From the NCBI RefSeq assembly GCF_001194135.2, contig NC_068993.1:52249762-52313761 (forward strand): a DNA stretch of 64,000 nt, read 5' to 3'. The position numbers and the translations under genes are program-made. Shown one piece after another: positions 1 to 12,466 of the stretch (within the stretch, counting starts at the first letter, position 1; the number at the start of each line of letters is the position of its first letter). Source of the stretch: Octopus bimaculoides (Eukaryota). The notes under the pieces are model-generated. The model had not been told where the DNA came from. It made no database searches and worked only from the letters and a program-made list of their open reading frames with translations.

Positions 1-268
1 CTGGTTGTCAAGTGGTAGTTCTGAACAAACGCACACACATACATGCACACACACACAAGCACACACACAAACACATACATTCACATGCGTATGCACACAT
101 ACACACACATATGATGGGCTTCTTTCAGTTTCTGTTTTCCAAGTCCACTCACAAATCTTTAGTTGGCCCAAAGCTCTACTAGAAACACTTACCCATGGTG
201 CCATACTGTGGGACTAAGCCCAGAACCATGTGGTTGGGAAGCAAGAATCTTACCACACATCCGGCACC
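1..268 (-). mobile_element. tRNA-headed SINE, family A (truncated by window edge)
   Basis: Reverse complement has head TGTGTGGTAAGA..CTTCCCAACCACATGGTTC, body GTGAGTGGA..GAAACTGAAAGAAAGCCC and an internal (TG)n tract; more than 20 related copies occur in the window. Confidence 0.8.
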
Positions 269-335
269 TATAGTGTATCCCTATGCTCTTATATGGAAAC
301 TGTGTACACTATTATACATTATAGATGCTATAGAC

Positions 336-812
336 CAGTGGTTCTTAACCTGGGTTCGATCAAACTCCAGGGGTTCATTGAGTCAGTCTCAGGGGTTTAG
401 CAAGGATCAAGACACACGCATATTATAGCCCGGTTCACACAAGCAATGTCAGGCCATTTTTGTTAGCGATCAAAAAATCAGCTGCTGACAATTTGGCAAC
501 ATGCTATTTTTCTTAGTGTACAAGGCCAACATTTTTGATGCTCTAAATCATCTCAGTCAACAGATGCAGGGTGATAGAGTCAACATCATCAAAGCAGAAG
601 TAAACCTGAATGTGTTTTAAAAAAAGCTACCTTTATGGAAATGACAAACAGAAAATGATAACTTTGCAAACTTTCCCCAGCTGGACGACTGTGTAAGTAA
701 GATTGAAGACATGTCTGGAATTGAAGACATTTCTGTACCTGGGGAGCTGAAGCAAGCAATTGCCATGCACTTAGATGAGCTCACAAAGTCTCTCGGCAGA
801 TACTTTCCCACC
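336..812 (+). mobile_element. hAT (Charlie/Buster) transposon relic: left TIR plus decayed transposase fragment
   Basis: CAGTGGTTCTTAACC terminus at 336 is preceded by an nnnTAnnn 8-mer (CTATAGAC). Frame 513-812 reads LVYKANIFDALNHLSQQMQGDRVNII..F*KKLPLWK*..NFANFPQL..HLDELTKSLGRYFP, matching the Buster/SCAND3-type transposase pattern with two stops. A SINE interrupts it at 813. Confidence 0.8.
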
Positions 813-892
813 ACTAAGTTATGTAAACACACCAGCATCGGTTGTCAAATGATGTTGGGGGGACAAACACAGACACACAAACATATACACAC

Positions 893-942
<50 letters not shown>

Positions 943-985
943 CAGGCTTCTTTCAGTTTCCGTCTACCAAATCCACTCACAAGAT
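813..985 (-). mobile_element. SINE family A, internal fragment
   Basis: ACACCAGCATCGGTTGTCAA..GGGGGACAAACACAGAC-(TA)n-GGCTTCTTTCAGTTTCCGTCTACCAAATCCACTCACAAG shared with other copies. Confidence 0.75.
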
Positions 986-3256
986 TATATAAAGTGGTTG
1001 GCAGTAGGAGGGTGACAACATAGTGTAGAGGTGTTAGTGTTCTTTTAGTGTTGTTAAAGGTATGAGAACCTCTCAAGCACTTGTACCATGATGCTATAAA
1101 ATGGTTGGAGATAGGAAGAACATCCAGCCAAAGAAATCATCCCAAAATTGAATGTACAAACAGCACATTGTCTTCTAACCCATTTAAAAGGGCAGTAGTT
1201 TTGAATAAAGATAGATTCAGAGTGTGATTACTAGTCTAACTCATGCCAACACAGGAAGTGGATGTAAAATATTGATGTTGAATGATGTTACATGATTATT
1301 CTGGTGCCAGGTTATATGTTATAAAATGCGTTTAGTATTTACCTTCTAGTAAGTTGAATAGCATTTCTTGTTTGAGTATACAAAACTGCGATTTTGGGAT
1401 AATTTGAATCTGTTATCTGAGAAACAAAATCTGATATTTTGTTTTTATAATGTTTTAGTAGTTTATGATAATATTCTTGTGTAGTTCAGTTCAAACGTTG
1501 CTTTGAACAAAGCAAATTACAACATTAAGTTTATTTATAAATTGCAGACAAAATTAATTTTCAAGATAGAAAATTTTGTTCATAGTTTGGTAAAAAAAAA
1601 AAAAAAAAAAAAAATAGAAATGGAAAAAAAAAGATATTTGCTAAAAAAAATAAATATCTAATTGAGGTGGGAGATCAATGAATATATAACAAATTGATTT
1701 TTCTTTATTCTAATGTATTTTTGTCCATACATGAAAGATAGCTGGAGTAGGTGAATTACTTGCATAACAATGAAATCTTTAGAAAAACTGAAAAATATCT
1801 ATTAAAACAATGAAAGAAAAGTTTATATTAATTAGTGTCGTTAATGTCGTTAAATTTTCTATAGAGAAATTCATGAATAATAAATTTTTTTTTTAAATAG
1901 TGCGGTAGCCCAACGGTTAACATGATGCTGTTGCAGCTACATACAGTCATCCAAGATTGCTTCCAAAAGGCACTATTTCTGGGATATGAAATACTTTGGC
2001 ACCACCTATTTTGGCATCACTGTTTCAACACTGATTTGACTTCGAAAGTCTTAATGTGTCTTTCATTCTCTTTCCCTCTGTTTATGTGTGTGAGCATTTT
2101 GCTATGTTTGTGTGTATGTTTAACCTCTCTCTCTCTTTCTCTCTCTGTCTTCTGCTCTCTATCTGGTAAAGGTAGACAACAGGGAGGGCGTCTGTAGAAA
2201 CATGGAAAAGTGGGCATTAAAATGGTGATGATGATCCTTGGACCCTTAAGTCCTGATGGAGTCAGTTTAGCATGTCTGAGTCACTTTGCAAACTTAGTAG
2301 AAGCTACCCCACAAACTATTCTACCAAATGCTCTAACAGTTCTTTGAACTCATCACCATTATGTATGTATGCTTTATGCATGTACATTTCATATGTATAT
2401 ATATACATATGCACATATATGTGTGTCTAGTGGACAATCTTAAATGTGCACGGACAAATGCTGATTGTTAGTAATAAAGAAAAGGGTATTTATCCAAAGA
2501 TCAAATTTAGCATGCAGTTTTATCCTTTTCCTTTTTATTTTGTACAAACATCAATTTCCTGTTATTCTGATGTTTACAATTACCATTTACAAATTTTGCA
2601 TATTTTTGTTGTATTTTATGACCAATTTTCAATAAATGTAATTATGATAAACAGATATGACATCATTACTGACAACACTTGTAGTATAATAATTGTAGGT
2701 TAAATAACATAATAGTATAACTGTGCAATTCAATTTATGTCCCAATTCATAAGAATACTGAAGAAAATTGTATAATGAAAATTTTAGTTTTAAATGTATA
2801 GCCTGCATAATTTAAATACCCTTAGTTTCTCATTTAAAATTTTTGAAGTTAAACCCATTTCTGATCATATTTTTAATCAAACGCTGTCTTGATATTTCGA
2901 ATAAGTGTGAAAATAGCAAAAATGTTTAGAACATTTTTGTTAGTAATCCAATGATAGAAACATAACAAGAGATTGTTGCATGAAATTATGATTAACAGTT
3001 ATGATTAAAAAGATTTCAATTTCAGTATAAACACTTAAAAAAGGAAATGTTTTAGAACAGTGAAACAGAGATGGTTACAGGTGGGTTGGAGTCAAAATGA
3101 TTGCGGATAAAAAAATAAAACAAAACATTTTAAGGGCCAATAATCTATTATTTAAAACATTGTGTGATGTCAAGTTGTTCTCAAAGACAAAGTTTCATCT
3201 CTGGGAATTCAATCAGTGACTTAGATTGTCACTCCTTTAATTAGCAAATTGATATT

Positions 3257-3712
3257 GATTTCAAAATTTGGCACATGGCTGGCAATTACTGTGAAGAAGG
3301 TAAGTTGATTACATTGACCCCAGTGCTAAACTGGTATTTATTTCCTTGACCCCGAAAGGACGAAAGACAAAGTGGAATTTGGACTCAAGAGTAAAGATGA
3401 ACAAAATGCCACTGAAATTTTGCCCAGTGTGCTAATGATTTTTGCCAGCTTGTCATGTTAATTACCAAATTAATATTAAAAACAAAAGTGTGTTGAGGTA
3501 GTGAGCTGGCAGAACCATTAGCATGCTGAGCAAAATGATTAGTAGCATTTCATCCATTTTTACATTCTGAGTTCAAATTCCACCAGGATCAACTTTGCCT
3601 TTCATCCTTTCAGGATCAATAAAATAGGTAGTAGTTGATCATTGGAGATGATGTAATCACTTTACCCCCTCCTCCAAAATTGCTGGCTTTGTGCCAAAAT
3701 TAGAAATTAATA
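3257..3712. mobile_element. Two SINE family B copies in inverted, head-to-head arrangement (3257-3460 minus; 3496-3712 plus)
   Basis: Both carry GAGCTGGCAGAA..GAGTTCAAATTCC..ACTTTGCCTTTCATCCTTT..GTAC..GGCYTTGTGCCAAAATT in opposite orientations, about 35 bp apart. Confidence 0.75.
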
Positions 3713-4143
3713 TTTAAAAAAAAGTGATATGAGCAATCTGACGGACAAACATTTTCTAGTGGTCAGGTGTTGCAGTCACAATTGCAAAACGATGGTTTCA
3801 GTTCTCAGACCAGATGGTGCATTGTCTTCTTGAGCAGAACACTTCATTTCATATTGCTTTGCACTTGTGCAGCTGTACAGGCAATGTCATTTTGATTTGG
3901 GAAAACACAAGTATTTGTTCACTATAAACAAAGCATCTGTGTGATGATTCAACAGGAAATTGTGAAATCCTCATCCATCATTTAACAATGGGATAGTCCA
4001 TAACATGGGAAATGTTATATAGTATATATACATTATTATTCTTATTATTCTTATTCAGGTCACTGCCTGGAATCAAACTTGGAATCTTTGGGTTAGTAGC
4101 CTGCGCTCTTAACCACTATGCCGTATGCCTGTGGGCATATAAC

Positions 4144-4180
<37 letters not shown>

Positions 4181-4189
4181 TATTTATAT

Positions 4190-4510
4190 ATACATCATCA
4201 TCATCATCATCATTCAACGTCTGTATTCCATGGGTTGGATGGTTTGACAGGAGTTGACCAGCTGAAGGGCTGTTCTGGCTCCTTGACTGTTTTGGTATGG
4301 TTTGTATGGCTGGATGCCCTTCCTAATGCCAACCACTTAACAGAGTGTACTGAGTGCTTTTATGCAGCTCAGACACAGATGCTTTTTATGTGGCACCAGC
4401 ACCTTATGAGCTTGTGAGATTAGGGATGCTCAGCTTGAGAGGGTTGCAGGGCACAAACCTGTATGCAAGGACAACCACACTTTTATTTAGCTTGACATGT
4501 CTTTTCAAGC
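4190..4510 (-). mobile_element. 3' end of an RTE-type LINE (last codons, 3' UTR, (GAT)n tail); family C
   Basis: Minus strand reads RFAVLEKTCQAK* then a UTR with GGTTGGCATTAGGAAGGGCATCCAGC ending in (GAT)n. No family C copy has a tRNA head and their 5' ends vary, as expected for 5'-truncated LINEs. Confidence 0.55.
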
Positions 4511-4703
4511 ACAGCAAACCGATATATATATATATATATATAATTTTAACATCTACTTTTCTATAGCTGCATGGGTCAGATGAGAGTATGGTAGGGCCAA
4601 GTACTCTATTGCCACATTCTCTTCCTGTCACCATCCCACCCATTTGGGATAATAATCTTACAGGCTATCAAGCATCAAACAGACCAGACATGCTTGTACA
4701 TGC

Positions 4704-4740
<37 letters not shown>

Positions 4741-4904
4741 TATCACCTTTCTCAGCAATTGACTGAATATGGCATGTGGGCCATGGTGCCTCATGTATGA
4801 CTAAAAGACTTCATCAGGTGGTGCTATTAAGTTGGATGTGGCCTGGGCCTGTACTGGCCAAAACCTATCAAATTTATCAAAGTTATATATATATATATAT
4901 ATAT

Positions 4905-5291
4905 TTCTATAAATATTGTTTTGTCAGTGTATTTACTGCGCTGATATTCTGTCCGTATCGCATGAGGAGTTTTTAGGCGGGCTATTTAAGCTAGTCGTGT
5001 ACATACGTGCATATATATGTGTGTATATGTCCGTTTATGTAAGTATACTGTTTATATACATATATTTGTATTTTATGTGCCTGAGTATATTCCACCAATG
5101 AAGACAAAGCATTATTTATGCAAAGCCAGAAATCCGGGATCTGGAATTATCTTGTTATTTTTACTGGTTTATTTTGTCTTCGTCTTCGCTCCTGGTGCTA
5201 TGTGGACATTTATTGTGGTTTTAGAGTCAGGATTTTACTGCTATTTTTCGGCGTGGCGGTATCTCTTAGATACCCTGTATTATAATTTAAA

Positions 5292-5295
<4 letters not shown>
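4905..5295 (+). mobile_element. Penelope-like/retrozyme-like remnant with degenerate hammerhead motif
   Basis: Segment bounded by (TA)n runs containing ATTCCA-CCAATGA-stem II-GAAA-TCCGGGA-TC-TGGAAT at 5089-5147. Confidence 0.4.
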
Positions 5296-5324
<29 letters not shown>

Positions 5325-5329
<5 letters not shown>

Positions 5330-5812
5330 TCATCATCATCATCATCATCATCCTTACCACTGTCATTTAACATCCGCTTTCCATGCTAGCATGGGTTGGA
5401 TGGTTTGACTGGGAACTGGTGAGCTGTGAAACTGCACTAGACTCCAATTTGATTTGGTAAGGTTTCTACAGCTGGATTCCCTTCCTAATGCCAACCATTC
5501 CGAGAGTGTAGTGGGTGCTTTTTATGTGCCACCTACACAGGTGTCAGTCAGGTGGCACTGGCATCAGCCATGCTCAGTTGGTGCTTTTTTATGTGCCACC
5601 GGCATGGGTGCCATTCAGGCAACACTGGCATCGGCCACACTTGGATGGTGCTTTTTATGTGTCATCGGCATGAGTGCTAGTCGGGCAACACTGGCATCAG
5701 CCATGACTACGATCTCTAACAATATGAGTACCAATTAGACAGCACTGATATCAGCCACACTCAGATGGTGCTTTTTAAGTGCCTCTGGCATGGGCACCAG
5801 TCAGGTGACACA
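5325..5812 (-). mobile_element. Family C (RTE 3' UTR) copy with internal ~66-68 bp tandem repeats
   Basis: (CAT)n tail and CTGGATTCCCTTCCTAATGCCAACC motif, followed by units beginning GGTGCTTTTTA at about 5514, 5580, 5648 and 5768. Confidence 0.65.
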
Positions 5813-6295
5813 CACACAATAGGGTTCTCTAGTTTGCACATCTTTTCATGAAGCTTTGGTTGGTTTGGGGAGAGAGTAGAAAGCTTTTGTCATTTGGTGT
5901 TAACCTCCAATCAAGTACATACAATAATATTGAGAAGTGGGAATGAGTGCTCAACACCATAAGTATTCTTTATTAGTGGATAACAAGGCTTGGTTTCCTG
6001 TAAAGAGATTCTTTACATAAAACCATTATTAGCCTTGTTAACCCACAAATAAAATATATCTGTCTATATATATGTGTCATAGCTATACCAAAATTGATTA
6101 TTTGAAATAGTGTTAAAATCTTAGCTTTGAATTTGTTGATCTTAATTTTTTCTAATGGACTGAATGCTCTTCTCTCATATTTGTATATGTAGTAACACAC
6201 ACACACACATATACATATGATAGTCTTTATCTATTATCTCATATCTAAGCATTTTAATTTTTTTTGTTTTTGTTTTTGTTTTTCTCAAATTTCAG

Positions 6296-6402
6296 TAGAG
6301 CATTTAGGCAAAAGAAACGGATTATAAGTTATCCTACCGATCATTACCATCCTGAGTATCTCTCAATATCTCCCAACACAATATGGAAAACTGACAATTC
6401 AG
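6296..6402 (+). CDS. Candidate internal exon (RAFRQKKRIISYPTDHYHPEYLSISPNTIWKTDNS)
   Basis: Long T-rich tract plus TTTCAG acceptor, CAG|GTAAGA donor, a single open frame (phase 2 to 1), non-repetitive sequence. Confidence 0.5.
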
Positions 6403-6517
6403 GTAAGAATCTTACATTTTATCTTTTTTTACCATTTTTACCATTCCTATCAAGTTATATTTGTATTTTCAGTTGTTTTACAATTTAGATGAAAAGCATT
6501 CGAAAATCATCATAGAA

Positions 6518-6950
6518 GCAGGCACAGCTGTGTGGTTAAGATGTTTGCTTCTCAACCACATGGTATCAGGTTCAGTCTCACTGTGTGGTACTTTGGGAAA
6601 GCATCTTCGACTATAGCTTTGAGCCAACCTAAGTGTTGTGAATGGATTTGGTTGATGGAAATGAAAAAAGGTCTTTGTATATTTGTACATGTGTATGTTT
6701 GTGTTGGTGTTTTCTCCTTGTTTTGACGTCATGCAATCGTTGTAAATGAACTTCTCTGTCACACAAGCCATGTCATTCGTTTCCAATCTTCCTCAAAGAT
6801 CTGTCTGCTTATGGAGAAGTATTATCCTGCTCAGAAACAGATGAAGGTTGATGGTGTCCAGCCATAGAAAATCTGCCTCAGTAAATTCCATCTGACGCAT
6901 GCAAACATGGTGAAGTTAACATTAAAACAATGATGATGAGGTCAGTGACA
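6518..6950 (+). mobile_element. SINE family A head with alternative (family C-like) tail
   Basis: Standard A head, then after the TG tract a different body ending TCCAGCCATAGAAAATCTGCC..GCATG..TTAAAACAATGATGATGA; related bodies at about 50930-51150 and 62640-62890. Confidence 0.65.
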
Positions 6951-7267
6951 AAGATGATGCTGTCAAAGATGATAGTTTTTCTGTTGTGAGTCAAATGTTT
7001 TGGTGACTGGATATCACACTAAAGTAAAAATTAGAAGTCATGGGTAGGCAGTGACTTGTGTCCTACAAAATGGCTCATGCTATCATGAACAATAAAAATG
7101 AGCCCCTTTTTCTTAGATATTTAATGGTACAACTCCTGTATCACACATGTGCTTAATATGCATTAAAGGAATATGCAATAATAATACTGCTACAAGAATA
7201 ATAATAGATTTTGAGCTGATGTTACACTATTTCTATGCTCTAAATCTGAATAAATTAATAATATAAA

Positions 7268-7850
7268 CAGGCATAGGTATGGCTGTGTGGTTAAGAAGCT
7301 TCCTTTGAACCCAGTGGTCTTGGGTTCAGCCCCACTGCACAGTACCTTGGGTAAGCCTCTCCTACTATAATCCTACCCCAATGAATGCCTTGTTACTGAA
7401 TTTGGTAGATAAAAACTGTACAGAAACCTATCCTATATGAATATATTTGTGTGTTTGTAAATGTCTTTGTGTTTATCTCCCTTTATTTAAGAAATGGTGT
7501 TGATTTATTAATGGTTTATGTCCCCCCATAACTTAGTGGTTTGGCTCAAGAGACTGATAGAATAAGGACGAGACTTAAAATGATAAAATTTACTGGGTTT
7601 GATTTGTTCATTTACATCCTTCAAGGTCATGCTACAGCATGGCTGTCTAATGACTGAAATGAGTAAGAGAAGATGAAAGAAGATTAGAATGACTAAATAC
7701 CATTGTATAATACACCATACCTTTCCAAAACAAGAAAGACTGAACAGTAAGGCATGACTGTATAGTTAAGCTGTTTCTTTCACAACCATGTGATTCAGGG
7801 TTACATCCCATTGTGTGCAACGTCGGGCCGGTGTCTTCTACCATAATCTC
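7268..7850. mobile_element. Full-length SINE A (7268-7680 plus) followed by inverted partial SINE A head (about 7740-7850 minus)
   Basis: Head GGCTGTGTGGTTAAGAAG, tail GACTGAAATGAGTAAGAG; downstream degenerate head on the opposite strand. Confidence 0.7.
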
Positions 7851-9164
7851 ATGTTGAGCAATATTATGATTCAGATTTCATAAACAGAATCCAATTGCAT
7901 GGAAGGCTTTTTCATTTTGCACGTGTGTGTGTGTGTGTGTGTGTGATTTTAATCACTATAATACAATGATTGACAGTATTAATAACGCCTCAAAAATGAA
8001 TACCACTCAATGCAAGACCGTTTTAGAAAAAGTATTTTAATTTTAATATTTAATATTATACACTGTCTAACTAAAACTGTCAGCAACTATTTGATTATAT
8101 CAAGTAATTGTGACGAGTAACTGAAAAAGCATATCGTCCAAGAAGTAATCAAGAACTGTTCCATTACTTAAAGGTGAAATGGTCTTTTTAAACCAAAGCT
8201 ACTGAAGTTGGATGCTCGGTAATTGCTGGTCACCATGCTGTGGAGAATTTACGATAAAACTCGTGGTTACTCTAACTACCCTGAACTAGGTCAAGTGAAA
8301 ACAACTACCAATAGGATGTACTGAAACTATCATTCATTGCTTGATAAAGAAATTGAAACTGTCATTGGATATTTTGAATGACACTCAACAGAAATAGTGT
8401 TTTCAAATTTTGGCCCAGGGCCAGTGGTTGATTATATTGACCCCAGTACTTGACTGGTACATGCACATTACATATATAATCTGTAAGTGGAACAGTAAAA
8501 ATATGCAAGACTTTACTCAAGTTCAAAACATGACATTGTTTTATTATCTACATTCCAATGACACAGCTTTATATCTTTGTTAGAAACTAGTTCCTTCCTC
8601 GCAGGAAGATTGGAAAATTTCAAATAATTAAGAAATAAAAGAGAACACACACACACATATGTGTGTGTATATAAAAAGTCAATAAAAGAAAATGGAGAAG
8701 AAAAATTAAAAAAGATGCTTGGTTAATTTTATTTGTATTAGAATTGGAAAAGTAATGCAAATTAAAAGATGAAAAGATGTACCTATAAGAACAAGTATAA
8801 AAGTATAAAACGAACTGCATCAACCAACAAAATAACCCCAAAATACAAAAATATCCAAAAAGATATTTTGTATATGTACATATGTTTCAATATAACATTA
8901 TTTAAAAATCATCAATAATTATAACTTTTAAAGATGTAATAATTGGTATATTGTTAGATCTCTTCAGGAAAAATAAGTGTATTTTAGTCTTGAGTTCCAA
9001 AATGACTTATTTGAGGACAATGTTTAGGTATTTTCAGATGTAAACAAACTTACTTTAAGAGACACAGAGTTCATGTAATTAGAAATTTATCGTTTAAAAT
9101 ATAGTTAGCATTGAATGTTAAAATGCTACTAAAGCATCAAATTTATTTACGAAAATATATATTT

Positions 9165-9550
9165 ATTTATCATACTCTTTTGCTTGTTTCAGTCATTTGA
9201 CTGTGGCCATGCTGGAGCTCCACATTTAAGTCGAGCAAATCGACCCCAGGACTTATTCTTTGTAAGCCTAGTACTTACTCTATTGGTCTCTTTTGCCAAA
9301 CTACTAAGTTACGGGGACGTAAACACACCAACATCGGTTGTCAAGCAATGTTGGGGGGACAAACACAGACACAAACAAACATATACACACACATGCATAT
9401 ATATATATATATATATATACGACGGGCTTCTTTCAGTTTCCGACTACCAAATCCACTCACAAGGCTTTGATTGGCCCAAGGCTATAGTAGAAGACACTTG
9501 CCCAAGGTGCCACACAGTGGAACTGAACTTGGAACCATGTGGTTGGTAAG
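9165..9550 (-). mobile_element. SINE family A, near full length, low divergence
   Basis: Complete tail-body-head order on the minus strand up to the N gap; CpGs largely retained. Confidence 0.85.
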
Positions 9551-10174
9551 NNNNNNNNNNNNNNNNNNNNNNNNNNNNNNNNNNNNNNNNNNNNNNNNNN
9601 NNNNNNNNNNNNNNNNNNNNNNNNNNNNNNNNNNNNNNNNNNNNNNNNNNNNNNNNNNNNNNNNNNNNNTATATATATATATATATGCATACATGTGTGT
9701 GTATGTTTTTATATCAGCATGGTGTGAAAAACTATATTCAATAGAACAGGAATATCCTGTGATATACATGTCCACTAAATTTTCCTCTCTTGCCAATAGC
9801 CACCTAGAATATTTGTATGAAATGGTGGTGAGGGAAGACTCTCCTGTCATAAATGACGGATGAGGGACTTACATCTTGCTGAACAGCTTGCATGAATGAT
9901 TTGTTCTATTGTAATAGAACATATCTGCTGTACATTAATTCATTCTCTCTCCACCAAATTAACATTTCCTGTACAGGTGCACGTAGTGCTACACTTCAGA
10001 TGTTAAAGTGATCGCGTAGCAATGTGAAATGAAGTGTTTTGCTCAAGAACACAATGTATTGCCCAGTCTGGGAATGGAATCCACAATCTTGTGATCATGA
10101 GTGCAACACCCTAACCATTAGGTCATGCTTCTTCACTGTATATGACAATGATGAAATAAGTACCAGGACAAAAT

Positions 10175-10475
10175 AAAGGGTAAAGACCCCCTTCAGTCAG
10201 TAATGAGCATGGGATTACACCTAGAAAGTTCCTCTTCAAGGCACAAGTCTAGGCAAGGTTGCTTATGGAAGACCAGCAGTCGCCCATGCATACCAGCCTC
10301 CCCTTTCCATGGCTCTGATGTTACCCAAGGGAGCAGCAAAGGCCAATACAGCTTGGCACCAATGACGTTATAACTCATTTCCACAGCTGAGTGAACTGAA
10401 GCTATGCGAAATAAAGTGTCTTGCTCAAGAGCACAACATTCAACTCGGTCCTGGGATTGAACTCACTACTTCACG
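10175..10475 (-). mobile_element. SINE family D (tRNA head, TGTTCTTGAGCAAGACAC core, GGTCTTTACCCTT tail)
   Basis: Matches plus-strand copies at 39370-39715 and 60592-60902. Confidence 0.75.
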
Positions 10476-10661
10476 ACTGAGAATCAGGAATATTATAACT
10501 GACTAAAAGAAAAATTAAAAACAAACCCCAAAATATTAAATGAAGTGCTCCAGCATGGCCACAGCCCAGTGACTGAAGCAGAAATTAAAAAGAATCAAAA
10601 GAAGAATGTGATACTGTGATGATACAGTAAAATCTCTATTGACTTCTCTTCTTGATTGTAG

Positions 10662-10755
10662 ATCAAAGACTGGGTTTCCTATTCAGAGCTGGAAAATACT
10701 TCGGCCCTAAGAGATACTAACACTGTACAGCCTAACATGTTTACCTTATGTTGCA
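10662..10755 (+). CDS. Candidate internal exon (IKDWVSYSELENTSALRDTNTVQPNMFTLCC)
   Basis: CTTCTCTTCTTGATTGTAG acceptor, GCA|GTAAGT donor, one fully open frame (phase 0 to 1). Confidence 0.45.
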
Positions 10756-11166
10756 GTAAGTTGCTCATTCATCTGAAATGGTGCAACCTCCCTTTATTCA
10801 TACATGCACACATTTTGGACTGCATCCAAAAAAGGCCATCTGTTTATTTTGGATGCAGTCCAAAATATGCATCAACATACTGTTATACCACAAACATCTC
10901 TGCTTCTCTGAACTTGATAATTGTTTATCTCCTTGATTTAAACTCACTTATTTTAGCTTTTACATTTCCTTTGCCCTAAAACCAGATTTTATCAGCAATG
11001 CCAATAGAGTGAGAATCAAAATTATGTTAAATAAAACATATCTCCAAATTTAACTTCAATATACTAGATGTGAGGTCTGCAGTTCTTCATTTAAAATCCA
11101 TTTTTATTGCTTTTCAAAGGAGATTGAAACAGTTCTGAACTAGAAATATATTGCCTTCTTTAAAAG

Positions 11167-11221
11167 GAAATGACGAAACAGAAGCTGTGGTGGTTTTCAT
11201 ACATTTTCTGAGGCATCAGAA
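11167..11221 (+). CDS. Candidate internal exon (RNDETEAVVVFIHFLRHQ)
   Basis: CCTTCTTTAAAAG acceptor, GAA|GTATGA donor; phase 1 start is compatible with the 10662-10755 exon. Confidence 0.35.
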
Positions 11222-11447
11222 GTATGAATGAATGAGAAGTGAAATAGCTTTATGTCTATTAAACTCTATTACAGAATTAGTTTACCACAAACTATCTTAA
11301 TAAACACACAACATATGCTTATCTAATTGTTTTAAAACTATTATGTAAACAGTTAATGTTTGGAGAGTACGCTCTGGATCCTGATCACTACCATCTTTAT
11401 TTCTTCTGTAACAGGACACCTGTGGATGTCTTTCTTATTTATTTCTA

Positions 11448-11679
11448 ATTTCTTTATTGCCCACAAGGGGCTAAACACAGAGGGGACAAACAAAGACAGA
11501 CAAAGGGATTAAGTCGATTACATCGACCCCAGCGCGTAACTGGTACTTAATTTATCGACCCCGAAAGGATGAAAGGCAAAGTGGACCTCGGCGGAATTTG
11601 AACTCACAACGCAATGGCAGACAAAATACCGTTAAGCATTTCGCCCGGCGTGTTAACGATTCTGCCAGCTCACCGCCTT
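11448..11679 (-). mobile_element. SINE family B with tail type 2 (CCCCTTGTGGGCAATAAAGAAAT), young
   Basis: Closely similar copies at 13944-14174 (minus) and 22122-22350 (plus); CpG-rich. Confidence 0.85.
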
Positions 11680-12430
11680 TTCTGCCAGCGTCTTTCTATC
11701 ATATTTTAGCCTTTCAACACCTAGCATAAATAACCTCTCTCAACTTCAGGTGAAGGTTTTTGTTTCTTTTTCTTTGCCCTGCAAGTTACTTGGTGGCATT
11801 GCTAATGTCAGTGTTATACAAAAAGTACCCATTATATGCTTTAAAATGGTTGGCATTAGGAAGAGTATCCAGCTGTAGAAACTATGCCACCACAGACATA
11901 GGTGCTGGTGCCTGACACAATCCTGAGGTTCATCAGATCTTGTCAAGTTATCCAACACATGCCATCACGGAAAACAGTAGTTTATATAAAAGATAACATG
12001 ATAGGCAACACAGAGAAAGAACCATCTTAGAGAGAGAGAGAGGAATGATCAAAGAACAGAGAAAAAACTAAGAGCAACATGATGTAAAAAGCATGTGGAT
12101 TATTAAAATGAAACTAGACTCAGTGAAATTCATCAGATGCAAAGCAGTGCAAATGCACTCTGATGCACTCTCAACAACATCAGTAATTGATGATAATTGA
12201 GACAGAAAATGAGCCTCCAAAAATCTTAATAAATCTAGAAATCCCAAATGACCTAATTGTTTATATAAAAATGCAGATCATCTTGTAAACAAGATTGATG
12301 ATCTCTTCATGCTTCTTGTAGATAATGAGACTAACAACTTTCTGGTAATATTCTTCATACTAAAAGTCATTTGAGCTAATGTTTTCTTCTTTTTTATAGA
12401 AATTAGTGAAAATGAGTACACTTGTCGTTG

Positions 12431-12466
<36 letters not shown>

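Noticed and set aside
1901-2050. Open plus-strand frame after a TTTTTAAATAG acceptor (CGSPTVNMMLLQ..)
   Set aside because: No convincing donor and no recognisable similarity; cannot be supported without RNA data.
4785-4825. CTGATGA on the minus strand as a hammerhead candidate
   Set aside because: No GAAA after the putative stem II and no stem I complementarity.
12060-12360. Possible piggyBac relic (IDDLFMLLVDNETNNF)
   Set aside because: Only one short motif resemblance, with no TTAA/TIR evidence.
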